A program made the translations under genes and the position numbers. Below are positions 24,101 through 36,297 of a DNA stretch of 64,000 nt, in pieces. The notes beneath the pieces were generated by a model. It was given only the letters and a program-made list of their open reading frames with translations. It made no database searches and had not been told where the DNA came from. Source of the stretch: Rotaria socialis (Eukaryota); assembly GCA_905331295.1 (NCBI GenBank), contig CAJNYD010000589.1, forward strand, positions 1 to 64,000, in the 5' to 3' direction. Each line of letters opens with the position of its first letter. Position 1 is the stretch's first letter.

Positions 24101-27100
24101 GATAATCTAATGCAATTACCACGTAGTTCTAATTGTATTCAAATCTGTGAAATGTTCAACGAATTTTCTGACTTTTTTAATCCTTGTTAACTCTCGTGGT
24201 CTCTTCAGCATAGCTTAATTTTCTAACAATTTCATTCACTGCCTAACTGAATTTGAGACTGTTTAAGACAATTTAACGATCGAGAGATCGACATGGTAAC
24301 AGAACACACTCATGTAAGTCGGTGATTGGATACTTTTTACAGTACTTGGTGCTTTTCCTACTTTTTATTTAAAAATCTTTAATACTTAGTACATTTGTGC
24401 AGTACAATTGCATATGCTTGGTACTTCAGCACATTTTACTTAAGTAGAATGTACTGTAGTACCGGTACCACAATACATTGTACTTTAGTACCGGTACCAC
24501 AATACATTGTACTTTAGTACCGGTACCACAATACATTGTACTTTAGTACCGGTACTAAGTACACGTGTATTGGGGACTTAATGAGATGTTATCTAATTTA
24601 ATCTTTTTGTTAGCTGCTTGTTTGTGGCTTCTGTGGAACACATGCTTTTAACAGCTTCTCATCTCTAGATGATATTTCAAAAACTTAATAATTATTTTAA
24701 AGCCTAAAAAGTGCGCACAGATGATGTGCTTTTCAGATAATCTTGCTACGTAGATAACAATGAATATTTGAATTTTATGGATTATTATCTCTGTAACATC
24801 AGATTGTAGATGAAATAATGTTTTCCTTTTGCAATGCGATTTTGTTTGGTGTTACTTGATGATAATTCTGTTGCTGATCGATGATTTCTACCATTAGCAA
24901 CTTCTGATGAATCTTCAACTTGATCAAGAAATAATTTTTCATATTAAGGTGTATGTTTTCGTTTTAAGCGTTTCAGAAAATTGCTTAAAAATCCACATTT
25001 ATTCTTATAATTTTGACTGCACGATTTACAATAGCCATTGACTCTATTTTTTGTCAATTGTGAAAAAATCTAAATATGGTTTCAATTGTTCAGGACCTAT
25101 TGCAAGGAGGAAAAGATGGATGTGGGATTTTGAAAATCCCAAAAATCCGCTTTTCCCCCTTGGCCCATTGAGTATTGATGAAGATTCGAATAGAATTTAT
25201 TTTCAGGTATTAGAGTGTTACATGAATAACAAATAGCCGGCGTTATGGCGATGTCCTCGAGATCGAAGCACCCATTGTTTATGTTACACCAATAAACTTT
25301 TTTTTCCGTAATGTTTATTGTCCTCCTCTCAGTCATATATATCTATATTCACTATTACTTAGAATAATTGAAACTATATCGATTTTATGTCGATCAATAC
25401 AAGATATTGTAATATCAATATTTCCTTATATTGTTTTTCAGTCCTACAGATATCAGTAAATCATGAAAATAGTAAATATTCGCTTGGAAAATAATAATAC
25501 AAGCAAAACATGCAATTATGGCGAAGAACTAAGTATACTTGTACTTAGTACCGGTACTTTACTGCATTGTACTAAAGTACGCTTGTGCTTAGTACCAACA
25601 CTAGGTACGATGTGCTACCGTACATAGTACTTAGGTACACGTCCAAAGTAAATTAGTTAAGTAACAAATATTTGTACTTGTACTTGTCGTACTTGTACTT
25701 GTCCAATCACTGATGTAAGTAGACCTACGACAGTTCCATATTAGTTCCGATCTTTGGAACTGTGTCACAAGTTCTTTGATCGGAACTGAACTGTTCGAAC
25801 AGTTTTTTGGTCGGAACTGATCTGTGTCATACAGTTCTTTGATCCGAACAGATCATCAGATCTGAACTAAAACGGAACTGTCACACCCGTAGTCCGTTAA
25901 AAAGTTTATTTTCAAACAATATGCGCATTACTTGGAAACACACTACATCCTAGATTCATGATAGAATGGAAACTTTCCTTCGATTGTAGATTTTGTGAAA
26001 GTCACATATACGTATGTATCGATGTTGTGGCGAAATTAAAATTTTCAGCAACTCTACTGTTTCCAGCACAGGGACAGAAAGCCCCCATTGCGTAAAAATC
26101 ACATGTTGTCTCTTAAATATGTAAAGAGGGTGCTCTGTACAATGAGAAAGTTCGTATGTGTAGATAATCATTCTCGTTGGGTGAAACCTACTTTTTCTTC
26201 ATGAAACAGGATTCTAAGCAGGTTTTGTTACGAACACAACGTCACTTATCTTTGAGAAAAATCACCCCACAGCTCGACCTGGACACCATCGAAAAATTCA
26301 CTAAGACACAGTTCCTGAATAGTAACTGTTCCGTGGGCACAGTTCCTGAAAAGAAACTGTTTCGTGGGCACAGTTCCTGAAAAGAAACTGTTTCGTGGGC
26401 ACAGTTCCTGAAAAGAAACTGTTCCGTAGGCACAGTTCCTGAAAAGTAACTGGTCGAGTGGACACAGTTCCGGGCAAGAACTGTTCGGGTGGGCACAGTT
26501 CCGAGCAGGAACTGTTCGGCTGGACACAGTTCCGGGCAAGAACTGTTCTGGTGGACACAGTTCCTGAAAAGTAACTGTTCTGGTTGACACTGTTCCCGGC
26601 CAAGAACTGTTCGGGTTGACACAGTTCCCGGGTAGGAACTGTTCGGAGGATCTGGTTCCTGGGCAGGAACTGTTCTGGGGATCTGGGTTCCTGACGGAGA
26701 ACTGTGTATTCACTACAGCTCCTGGAAAGGAACTGTGTGTTGGATACAGTTCCTCGAAAAGATTCGGTTCAAAGAACCGAGAGCTGTCGTAGGTCTAGAT
26801 GTAAGTATGATTTAAAAACTTGTATCTATCTGATCCAATAGTATGCAATAACTGTATCAGTTTGAAAGTTCTGCGCTTCATATTAGAATGACAGAGAAGT
26901 GCGCTTCTTAAAACATTTTCTTGCCATCTTCCTTTTAATTTGATTCTCACTTTCAAGAATAAATAATCCGTAGCTCGTAGTACGCAAATTTATACCATTA
27001 AAAGGTGTGCCATTTTCATGCACAAAAAAACAATACAATACATAGGTTATTAACTAAAACTAAAACAGTATGAACATGACAAAATTCGATAAAGAAATTC

Positions 27101-27779
27101 GGATTAGTCACTCCATTTGTTAGCATTTAAGAGATCAATTTAAAATTTAGTCAACTTTTGAGTGAGGTTAGTTCAAGATAAAAGTGTCGCACTTGTTTTT
27201 GAACTGTCACTGTATATACAAGGTGAAAGTGAAAGTAGGGGAGTTATTTTAACGAAAGCTTTTCATATGTACTAAACACCCTCTCATATCAGAAGTCCCC
27301 AGGTCTTGTAGCGTGTCCTTGTATGTTAACTGTTCAAGGGTGTCTTTTATTTGGGGGTGTCTCTTCTTTCGGGTAGGTCTTCTAATATGGGATGAGGTTT
27401 ACTCGTTGATTGAAAATAATTTTCAGTCATAAAACTACTTACAAGTCAAAACGTAATTTCGAGATTTCGAAGGATGGTTGCTAGTAAGAAGTTCTCCCGT
27501 GGATGTAAGTTTAAATCGGTTACCAGCCTCAATGTCAAGCAGCCCCGCTACAACTGCTACGTATAATAATCGACGAAGTCTAACAGCATCTAACCAGCCT
27601 TTTTGAGCACAGATTTCTTCCGCATTTTTTGCTTCTGACATAACTAGTAAATCAGCAATACCGAGTTCAGCAAACACCCAAACTGCTTCTTCAATCTGGC
27701 GCTGGTTAAAGAACGAAATAAACTTGTTGACACCATCAACAGCTATTGCGGATTGTATGTTTTGCTTGTCTTCACTCAT
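18191..27779 (-). CDS. SAM-dependent small-molecule O-methyltransferase (Methyltransf_2 with N-terminal dimerisation domain); exons 27443-27779 and 18191-18936, 360 aa
   Basis: Exon 1: AELGIADLL, RLRRLL, FKLTSTGELL (wHTH dimerisation). Exon 2: LVDVGGSRG, FDLP, GGDIF, YLLKYILHNMND, GRERTLQQY. A phase-1 GTAAGT donor at 27442 matches a CTAG acceptor at 18937; total 1083 nt. Confidence 0.88.
19168..19296. mobile_element. Short hAT-type MITE (GGGTGTAACAGTTC family)
   Basis: Closely similar to 50111-50193 (CAGTTCTCAGATCTAA...GCCTGAA...TAGGAACTAA...GAACTAT). Confidence 0.55.
21471..22947. mobile_element. Non-autonomous DNA transposon with ~430-bp imperfect TIRs (AGGACG...CGTCCT), possibly Kolobok-like
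   Basis: 21471-21915 is the diverged reverse complement of ~22500-22947, which explains the similar spurious ORFs 21673+ and 22396-. There is an internal 56-bp tandem duplication at 22724-22833 and degenerate TTAA-like flanks. Confidence 0.8.
24320..25712 (-). mobile_element. Internally deleted hAT element, perfect 8-bp TSD ATGTAAGT, BED-finger remnant
   Basis: TIR CGGTGATTGGA/TCCAATCACTG, GTAC-rich subterminal repeats including 3x29 bp at ~24457-24555, and minus-strand CKSCSQNYKNKCGFLSNFLKRLKRKH near 24950-25030. Confidence 0.9.
25103..25162. mobile_element. 60-bp mini-MITE of the CAAGGGGG family
   Basis: CAAGGAGGAAAAG...CTTTTCCCCCTTG with 8-bp flanks ACCTATTG/GCCCATTG (6/8). Confidence 0.55.
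25720..26797. mobile_element. Non-autonomous hAT element, TIR TAGACCTACGACAG, perfect 8-bp TSD GATGTAAG
   Basis: 14-bp perfect TIRs and TSD at 25712-25719 and 26798-26805. Confidence 0.93.
26307..26760. repeat. Subterminal ~31-bp tandem array (CACAGTTCCTGAAAAGAAACTGTTTCGTGGG), ~14 degenerate units
   Basis: Head-to-tail units, each containing an ACAGTT...AACTGT inverted pair. The array generates the repetitive ORFs at 26242-26713. Confidence 0.9.
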
Positions 27780-28432
27780 CGTTCTGTTTTACAATCCAAT
27801 GCATCAACATATAATTAAGCGTGATGTGTTTCATTTTTTTCTCCTTTGATAGGCATGAATGATTTGATGATATCCACTTTTGGTATACTGTCAGACCCTG
27901 ATGACTAAGCCTTTTATGAGCAGATTCGAACGTCACTCATGCAGTTCGCCCATAGTGTTTTCCCCACAAAATTTATTCAATCATTCAGGTACCAAAAAAT
28001 TCTAAATTTAATTTGCAATCGAACGGTATAGCTCTTTTTACCCGGAAATGCTTATAAACTTGGCTTTTAGACCGAAAACATCGGAATTGTGTCGCACTCT
28101 TTAATTTGCACCATTATTGTGGTTACTTTTGAACGCAATGGCAAGGGGCATAGCAAAACTATTGGACGTTCATACATATCCATATCAGTTTCTCTAGAAA
28201 CAAGCCTCTTTCAAGATGCATTCTTAGTAAAATGATATCAGCTAGAAATGAGCTTATTAGAGTAATGTTAGGTTTTCCATCCTTGATCATATTATATAAA
28301 AATCCTGAGAAAATATTCATAGGAAAAAATAAAAATAGATGTCACTACTGAGAAGTGCATCTGCTATTAATTGCACGAAAGAAACGTCTTATGACCCCTC
28401 TGACAACATACCATTTTGTAATACGTATCCAA

Positions 28433-29740
28433 CAGTGGCGTAGCTAGGATTTTTTGAGTGATGGGCCGCTTCCCAGCTAAATTATTTTGAGATATGGGCG
28501 GTATTGGGCAATTAAAAATCGATTGAACCGCAACGGGAAGTTTTTAAAAATTTATTGCTACCTGTAAATCTATGTTGTTTCAAGGGAATTTCTCACTGCC
28601 CTATTAGAAATGGCCGTGTTTGTTAATTTTATCTTTTTCATAAATTAATTCTTTATTTCTAAATAACTATCTATTTATTTCTACAGTAAAACTCATGATT
28701 AATCATAAATAGAACGAAAAGAACATCAACTCACTTTATCATCTCTCACCACATAATGATGACTGCTGCTCTATATTTTATTCCTAGCTAGCCCTTTCAG
28801 CCTTGTAAGTTTTTTTGACGGCTGATATTTTTAGTTATCTGTACATTCTCTGAACTATATATTATCATCCCATGTAAAAAAATTAAGGGTATAATTAGAT
28901 TAAAATCGATTAAAATCATGCACCTTTTTCATCAATTTTTAATCAAAAATAATCGAAAAAATCAAAATTTCATTGATTATTTTGATTAGTTTCGATTAAA
29001 ATTCATGAAAAAAAACGGTTTCAATTGAATTCTGCCCGTTATGCGTAAAAAAAACGTCAATTAATTTTCATCAATTTTAATTGATTTTTTTCGTGAATTT
29101 TAATCGAAACTAATCAAAATAATCAATGAAATTTTGATTTTTTCAATTATTTTTGATTAAAAATTGATTAAAAGGTGCATGACTTTAATCATTTTGTAAT
29201 CGATTTTAATCTGATTATACCCTTAACTTTTTACATGGGGTTCCATTACTGTTACTACTAATTACTAAGTGAAATTTTCAAACGGTACTCATTAACATCT
29301 TCTTTTGCGAATTGGAATTTTTATTAATCAAATTGCGAAAGTATTGCATACACTTACACCGTTCAAGTATTCGGTTTAAGCTACGTCTGTGGTTTGCGTT
29401 CGAAAGAATTCTATGTTCTCTCGCAAGATTCATAAATATGCACTTATATCTTTATCACCAACTTTAAGTAAGGGCATAAGTTTCTTTCAGGTTAAAATAT
29501 GATGGAATTGTCATTATTTTGATTATTGCTTCGATGAAAAATATCGTCAATCGACTTTTCTCGATCATTTGAATATATTTCAACAGAAATCAGCGTTAAA
29601 ATAACATCATCTAAGTTTTTAAACATGCATGTATATCAATATTTTTCGGTGTTGGGCCATTGTTATTGCCTGAAAAATCTATTGGACAATAAATTTTTAA
29701 CCATTAGGTAGTTGCCCAATGCCCCCTGTCTACGCCACTT
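28433..29740. mobile_element. Non-autonomous hAT element (CAGTGGCGTAG...CTACGCCACTT), TSD GTATCCAA/GTATCTAA
   Basis: TIRs and a 7/8-matching 8-bp TSD. Confidence 0.85.
28869..29239. mobile_element. Nearly fully palindromic MITE (CCCATGTAAAAA...TTTTTACATGGG) nested in the hAT element
   Basis: Arms of about 140 bp or more are reverse complements. Confidence 0.85.
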
Positions 29741-29790
29741 GTATCTAACATTAACCAACCTTCACGAAAGATCCATTCAAGTACACATCA

Positions 29791-31838
29791 CCCTAGGGAA
29801 AACCTTTGATGTTTCAGTGCCGGATCCTTGACAGATACGATCAGGATCCTGGAAAGATTCGCTATTTTTTCCTGAGGAAACGACTAAATCCTGAGAGAAG
29901 TGTGTAGCCACGGAATTTTAGGATCTTAGCAGGATTAAAAACAAGATTATCAAGGATCCTGACAAGTTTACCACTGTTTTTTAAACCAAGATTGAGTCAG
30001 GAAATCGATGATTCCTGAAAAACGTGTGTAGCCACGAAACTATAGGATCCTGTCAGGATTTTAATAATTCGAAATTCGAAAAAAAAAGATTTCTGATAAT
30101 ATCTTTGAGGATTCGACTATGTTTTCTAGAAGATGTTATCACATATCTTGGCAGGATCTTATTAGGATTGGACTAGGTTTCGTTCAGGATTTTATCAGTT
30201 TCTTGGCAGGATTGGTGCAGGATTTTCTAAATAGAATATAAGAGAAATGAACACATAGAGGATTGATCTCTAGACCTTCAGTTTACATACCGATTAGCTA
30301 ACCCAGCTATATGCGCCATGTCATCCTATATCATTTCAGCATTCAATATCTTAATTCTGACATTAATATAAACTTCTATCTGTATTTTATGTAAATATAA
30401 ATTACTTCAAAAAATTCTGAAAATATGATATTATTTTCCATATTTAATTCAGTTTGTCACATTTGACTGTTTTTTTTAACTTAAATTCGATGTTAAAAAA
30501 TATTTTGAATTGTGTTTTCGATTATTATTAAAGCTACAATCAGTTTTACTAGAAAGATTTGCTGCTGACTCAAAGTATCTATTCGACGAAAAAACTTTTA
30601 TAATAAATAATTTAAATTAATACTCTTATTTAATGATTTCAATCTTTTTTTTCTTCTGGCAAGATAAAGATAAAAAAAATTACTGCTGCAGTCCGAATCT
30701 CAAAACAACTTATATTTAAACTTCAAAAAGATTTTAAAAGTTTTTTCTATGATTTTCAGGGTTCATTCTATTTATTTATGCAGAGTACCGATTAAAGATT
30801 TTTCGTTTTCTTATCAACATCCTGATCATTCGTGTATTTTTTAAAAAGCATTCTAAATGCCGGTTTCTGAACAGTATCGCTCGGAAACGTGATCGAAGTT
30901 TGATAGGAGTTCTTAGTTCAGTATTTTGAGAAATCTGTTTTTTTTTCCTGTGATGATCCTTCACTGATATGACTATAAATCTTGGTAGAATCCTTGTATC
31001 AGTATTCCAAACAGATCTTCACTCAAACCTGACCAACCCTTGTCGAAATTCCCTTTTTATGAATTTTGTCAGAATCCTGGATAGGATTAACAATAAATCT
31101 TATTAAAATCCTGCAAACTCGATTTAGAGTCATATCCGAACAGGAACTTCGACAAATACTGAATAAAATCCTGAATCAAACCTTGCAGGATCATTGGGAT
31201 TTATGATTCTGAAAGATCCTTCAAGGTTGTCTCAAGAAATGTACACGCATGAGCGGATGGAGTAGTAACCTGAAAAGATCTTTACCAAATCCTTACATAT
31301 TCCTATCAAGACTTAGTAGAATTGGCATGATCTCCTGAGGTTAGGAAAAGCATATTCTTGAAAAATTCAGAGCAAGATCCTGGTTAAATTTTTACAGTAA
31401 TATTCAATTTCGTATGCGGCCTGGCTCTGTTATTTTCTTGTCAAGATCCTCGTCTGATGTGACCGTTACTCCTGACAGGATCCTGATACGATAATTTGAC
31501 CGAGATCCTTACGAAAACTTCATCAACCCTTTTTGGAATCCTCTCTCATAATCTTGATAGGATCCTATACAGGATCTTGAGAAAATCTTGATAGGATTCT
31601 ATACAGGATCTTGAGAAAATCTTGATAGAATGCTAAACTATCGGCTCAGAAGAATATCTTAGCAGAAACTTGAAGAAATCCTGAACAGGACCTTGTTTCA
31701 CATTAATAAATCCTGGAAACAGGAATAACCAGGATCCGAAACAGGATCCTTAATAAAACTTGTCAGGATCCTTGAGATTCAGGATCCTGAAAGATCCTTT
31801 CAGGGTTTCCCAAGTAATGAACAGGATTGAGACTAGGG
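29791..31838. mobile_element. CMC/EnSpm-like non-autonomous element (CCCTAG...CTAGGG, 2-bp TSD CA) with AGGATCCT subterminal repeats
   Basis: Short TIR, CA on both flanks and many CAGGATCCTG-like motifs at both ends around an AT-rich core. Confidence 0.75.
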
Positions 31839-32428
31839 CATTTGCTTCAGTCGATACTTCCATTAGCTAGTGTTATTTGTCAAGCAAAACTTGTGCATTT
31901 TGCTATATCGGTATTTCCCTTTCTACAGGTCATCCTCAAATTCTTACATATATTAATCGATAGTACACGATGAGTACTATGGAGCATCATTCATCGATAT
32001 TTTGTTCGTTTATGTGCGCAGAAATTAAGAGATAAACAGTGATTTCTCATTGACACTACCAAATTTTTTACAACATTAATATCCACAGAGTTTTAATTCT
32101 TCATAGAAAAAAGGTTCGGACTCATCAAATTTTTACAATGTATTTTTTAACTTTGCCTTCTGTGATTGCCTATATATTCTAAAAAGCATTTACGCTGGAA
32201 CTGTTGGACGGCTACTATAATATATATCTTGGGTTGTGGCTGTGGATAAATGTAAAAGCACACCCGCACCCACACGCTCGGTACAGTATATGTTGAATAA
32301 TATTTATTTGAATATGAGTTTCTATGAATTTGTTATTAGTTAAGGTTTAAATAATCAAAAATCTTAATAGCTACTTTTTGAAAAGATTCATCAACTTTAA
32401 GGAATTATTCGTTTTTTGACAAATAATG

Positions 32429-33856
32429 TTAGATTTCCCATCGAAAACGATGGACAGCAGGCCTTCGGAAGAAATTATCGAAATGGTAAAGTACATTAGC
32501 CGTTAACCAGCGACGATACCAAAGATACAAACGATCATCAAAGGTTTTAAATGCTTTATATTTTCGTCCAGCAGTTATTTCAACATCTGGCCATTGATTC
32601 AACTCGGTGTAAAGAGTCGTTAGAAAAGATGTAATAACGTTGATGGCCAACTCTTTTCCTTTGCACACTCGTTGACCTTTTCCAAATGCCATGCACGTTT
32701 CTACTTCTGTATCAGCAGATTCAACAAAACTCTTATCCGCTAAGCAACGATCAATATGATTGATTACTGATTCATTTCGGTTCAATTCTGCAATAATTTG
32801 AGTTTGAATCTCGAGTGCATGACCGCATGGAATCAGATTAATGCATTTTGTTAGTTCTTTGTATTTTTCTACATCAGGGATTTCTCGCATAACCACTTGA
32901 AAAGGCGGGTAATGATGCGCAGTTGCTATTATTGAATATCTCATGAGATCAGGATCATCCACCACTTTTTCAATGAGATCAGGTTTACCATTTACTAGTA
33001 TAGTCATTAAGTTTGCCATCACCTCACCAATTTCTAGTGATGGTGTCACAAAGAATTCCATTGCGTAAACAGTGCATAGCTCCTGATCTGTTAAATTGAA
33101 TTCTTTCTGAGTTTGTACGACTGCCGGAATAGATTGAAGTTGTTTTAAAAGTGCAGTACATAGGTCGATTCGTTCTGACCAATTAGGATCTTGATTGTAC
33201 GTCATTGCTTTACTGATAGAATGTGATAATGTTATGAGGTTTTTTAAATCTGATTCTGTTGGTTGTGTTTCAAAAACTAGTTGCCACATTACAGCACAGA
33301 GAATTTCCCTTAAATATCTGTCTGATACTACCAATCTCTGGCTTTTATTTGATTTAAGCTCCTTTGCAAGTTTTGCAGCATATTTAGCGGTAATTTGCTC
33401 CGAGCTTGCGACAACTTTTTTTCGATTCATGATGTGAGTAAAACATGTATAAATACGGTCCCAAGTGTCTGATTGATTACCCATTAAATCTATTGGAAGC
33501 ATCGGATAGACAAATGCAGCAAAAAAGTAAAATGGTCGATGAGGTCTTGTAGGAAAACTTATGAATTTCGATACTGTTTTTAGATCGAAACATTTCTTTT
33601 TTGTAACATTGGATTCTGATTGAATTTGTATGATCTTGTGACATCCTATGGGCGCGCCCTCGAATTTAGCCAAAGGGAATATTTTTTCTATTGTAAGTTT
33701 CGAGTACCAGAATATTATAAAGATAGAATTCAAGAAAACATGTTGAATTTTAGGTACTAATCGTGGATTCACACTCCAAGAAGCTACTAAGCATAGCCAA
33801 ACCAGAAACACTAAAGGACCAATGATTAAACACGTTAATAAAATCCCATAAATCAT
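32429..33856 (-). CDS. Highly divergent cytochrome P450-like protein, no intron in the CDS, 475 aa
   Basis: N-terminal hydrophobic anchor and heme-thiolate motif AFGKGQRVCKG at the expected C-terminal position, followed by ELAINVI. The K-helix region reads IIATAHHYPP (no ExxR). Confidence 0.8.
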   Translation of the reverse strand: MIYGILLTCLIIGPLVFLVWLCLVASWSVNPRLVPKIQHVFLNSIFIIFWYSKLTIEKIFPLAKFEGAPIGCHKIIQIQSESNVTKKKCFDLKTVSKFISFPTRPHRPFYFFAAFVYPMLPIDLMGNQSDTWDRIYTCFTHIMNRKKVVASSEQITAKYAAKLAKELKSNKSQRLVVSDRYLREILCAVMWQLVFETQPTESDLKNLITLSHSISKAMTYNQDPNWSERIDLCTALLKQLQSIPAVVQTQKEFNLTDQELCTVYAMEFFVTPSLEIGEVMANLMTILVNGKPDLIEKVVDDPDLMRYSIIATAHHYPPFQVVMREIPDVEKYKELTKCINLIPCGHALEIQTQIIAELNRNESVINHIDRCLADKSFVESADTEVETCMAFGKGQRVCKGKELAINVITSFLTTLYTELNQWPDVEITAGRKYKAFKTFDDRLYLWYRRWLTANVLYHFDNFFRRPAVHRFRWEI

Positions 33857-34748
33857 CCTTATGAGAAAAATTTAGAGTATTTTTGTAAGAATGAATGCTC
33901 TGAAATATAGAGGTAATATACTTAAAGTTCAATCTGAAACAGAAGCAATCAATTTAATTTAGTTTCTTGTCAAAATTTGTGAAATATGTCTTTAAACGAA
34001 AAATGTTGGATTGTATAAATTGAAATGCAACTTTTTTTTATATTTTTCAATCAATTAATTTTAATCAATGCATCGAATTCTGATTCCATCTGATTATTTT
34101 CACTTTTGTAAAGTTCTTGTGTAGTGGAGGTCCCAGCTTGTTTCTGATAAATGAGATTCGGATTGTATTCAAAGTTCAGTATGTGTACAATAGTGAGCAT
34201 TATATCGGAAACTAAGTTTTACTATCCATCATTGCATGTGGAAGTGTGATCAGACACAAAGCGTATAAATGAAGTATAAGTCTACGCTAATAGTATTCAT
34301 CCAGGGTAGATGTTTTTAGTTCCTTATAACAAATATAAGGGATAGACGAGTGTTCTAACAAGTATTCAAAGACCTCTTCATTTTATATCCTGGATAAGCA
34401 AGTCGTTTTTTGACTTTCTTCAAGGGTTTGTCATCAAATAGGTTAGATTTGTTCAGTAATGGCCGACTTTGATCATGTCGTCCAACTATTAAGAATTGTC
34501 TCTATTTGTAATCGATTTATGAATGTATGCAATTCGAGAATCTTGTTTCTTTTTATAATTAATTAAACTATATTAGCATGAAAAAGGAACATTAAGAGAG
34601 CGTGATTTTATTAGTATCGAGTTGTTATAATTATCAAAAAGTAACTGCCTACAAGGTTGTTTGGAAAGTTCGTGTAACGGATTTCATAGTAACACCCCGT
34701 ACTCTATCGGGAAAAAGTTCTATGTATTTTCCGGACAACTAGATACCA

Positions 34749-36297
34749 CCCAAGTGAGCAAAAGACTGGTTAAATGACTAGTCTTTTTTCTAGTCAAGTT
34801 GACTCGTCCCGTCTAGTCTTTGTCTCAAAAACTACTCGTCCACGACTAGTCCGAGTTTTTATCCGTCATGCATACGCGTCCTAGTACTCTGATTGACGAC
34901 TAGTCATAAAATCAAATAAGAGTAGTCGTGAAGAGTGTCCCTGTCGCCCGTCCGAAAATGGTCTATGAATGAAAAATTAAGGGCGTCTGGGACGAGTATA
35001 CAACTAGCTGTAGCCTTATATAGTGGACGGGTCTGGACTAGTCTGAATGAAAATATGTAAGGATGAAGATTAGATTCGAACATGTATACAATGTGACACT
35101 TACCCGTCGCCAGAACCATTGAGCCATATGATCGTGAAGTCATATTCTACACACTCATGATCATTCTAAGATGTTATTTAATACAATTTTTACTCCGAAT
35201 TTTTAATTTGATGTATCAATAAAATTGTCTTTTACCGAAACGCAATTACTTTAGATAACATTAAATAAAAATAGTTTAAGAAGATTTTATATTTTTTTCG
35301 ACAAATATATTTTGATTTATAAGCAAGTGCGATTAATTAGTTGCGCTTTAAAAACATTAATTTGATTATAAAATTAAAAAATATTTGTATGGAATGGAAG
35401 CTAATTTTTATCATATTATTTTTTAGTTTAGTTTTAAATTTAAATCACCGTATATTCATCTAATAATTAAATTATCTTTGATTTATTTTAAATTATTACA
35501 ATTGATATTTTAAATTAACTAAATAATAGTATTATATGAAAAAGATTTAGATGCTTCTCAATTTTTTCAAATTTAGTACATCTCACATTTTGAAAAAAAA
35601 TATAAATTAGCACTCCTAGATGCGAGATGAAGTTTGTTGTTAGCACTAACCGCTATACTATTTTATGCTTTGATACACTCTTAAACTTTTAGCATTAGCT
35701 AATGCAAAATAAAATAAAATATATCAAGATAGAGATGCACGCAATATATTAAATCTTTTCGAATGCACTATTGATTACAGCAGACTCTCTAATTGTCCTT
35801 TTAGCTAGAAAAAAATTCGATAAGCATTGAGTAAAATAAACACTTCTTAACAACGGACTAGTCATGAGGTGTCCAAAAGATGCTTCAGACTAGTCAATAC
35901 CATTTACGTCGGCTTGTTTCTCATTTTCTATGCATGGATGGTAGTCAATATATAACTTTAGACTATATATACTTACGGCAGTCTATCTCAGTATCCTAGA
36001 CTGCCGTCAGGATGTCCGTCATATCTTAAACACTGGCGGGCTGGATGTTCAAATCCACCGTGTAACCTCTGTTTTAATCTTCTTACTAGTCTGGACTAGG
36101 TCAACAGACAACACGGACTAGACATGACTGGACTCAAGGACATTTCAGACTAGTACAGACGTGTTTGCAAGACACTCCTCATTAAGCTGACTAGACAAGA
36201 CGGGTATGCAAGATGTTTCAGACTAGACTTGACGGCAGCTGCGGACATTTCTGACTAGTCATGTCGGCAGTCTCCCTTCATTTTTTGCTTACTTGGG
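34749..36297. mobile_element. CMC/EnSpm-like non-autonomous element (CCCAAGTGAGCAAAA...TTTTGCTTACTTGGG, TSD CA) with GACTAGTC repeats
   Basis: 15-bp near-perfect TIRs, 2-bp TSD, and many GACTAG/CTAGTC motifs. It appears inserted in a mariner-like end starting near 34650. Confidence 0.85.

Noticed and set aside
26242..26760. CRISPR-like or repeat-protein ORFs in the 31-bp array
   Set aside because: Units are head-to-tail with no unique spacers and there are no cas genes. The array lies inside a TIR/TSD-bounded transposon, and the ORFs in all three frames are repeat artefacts.
27898..27945. CTGATGA...GAA possible hammerhead ribozyme core
   Set aside because: No convincing stem II or GAAA core, and no flanking stems could be formed by eye.
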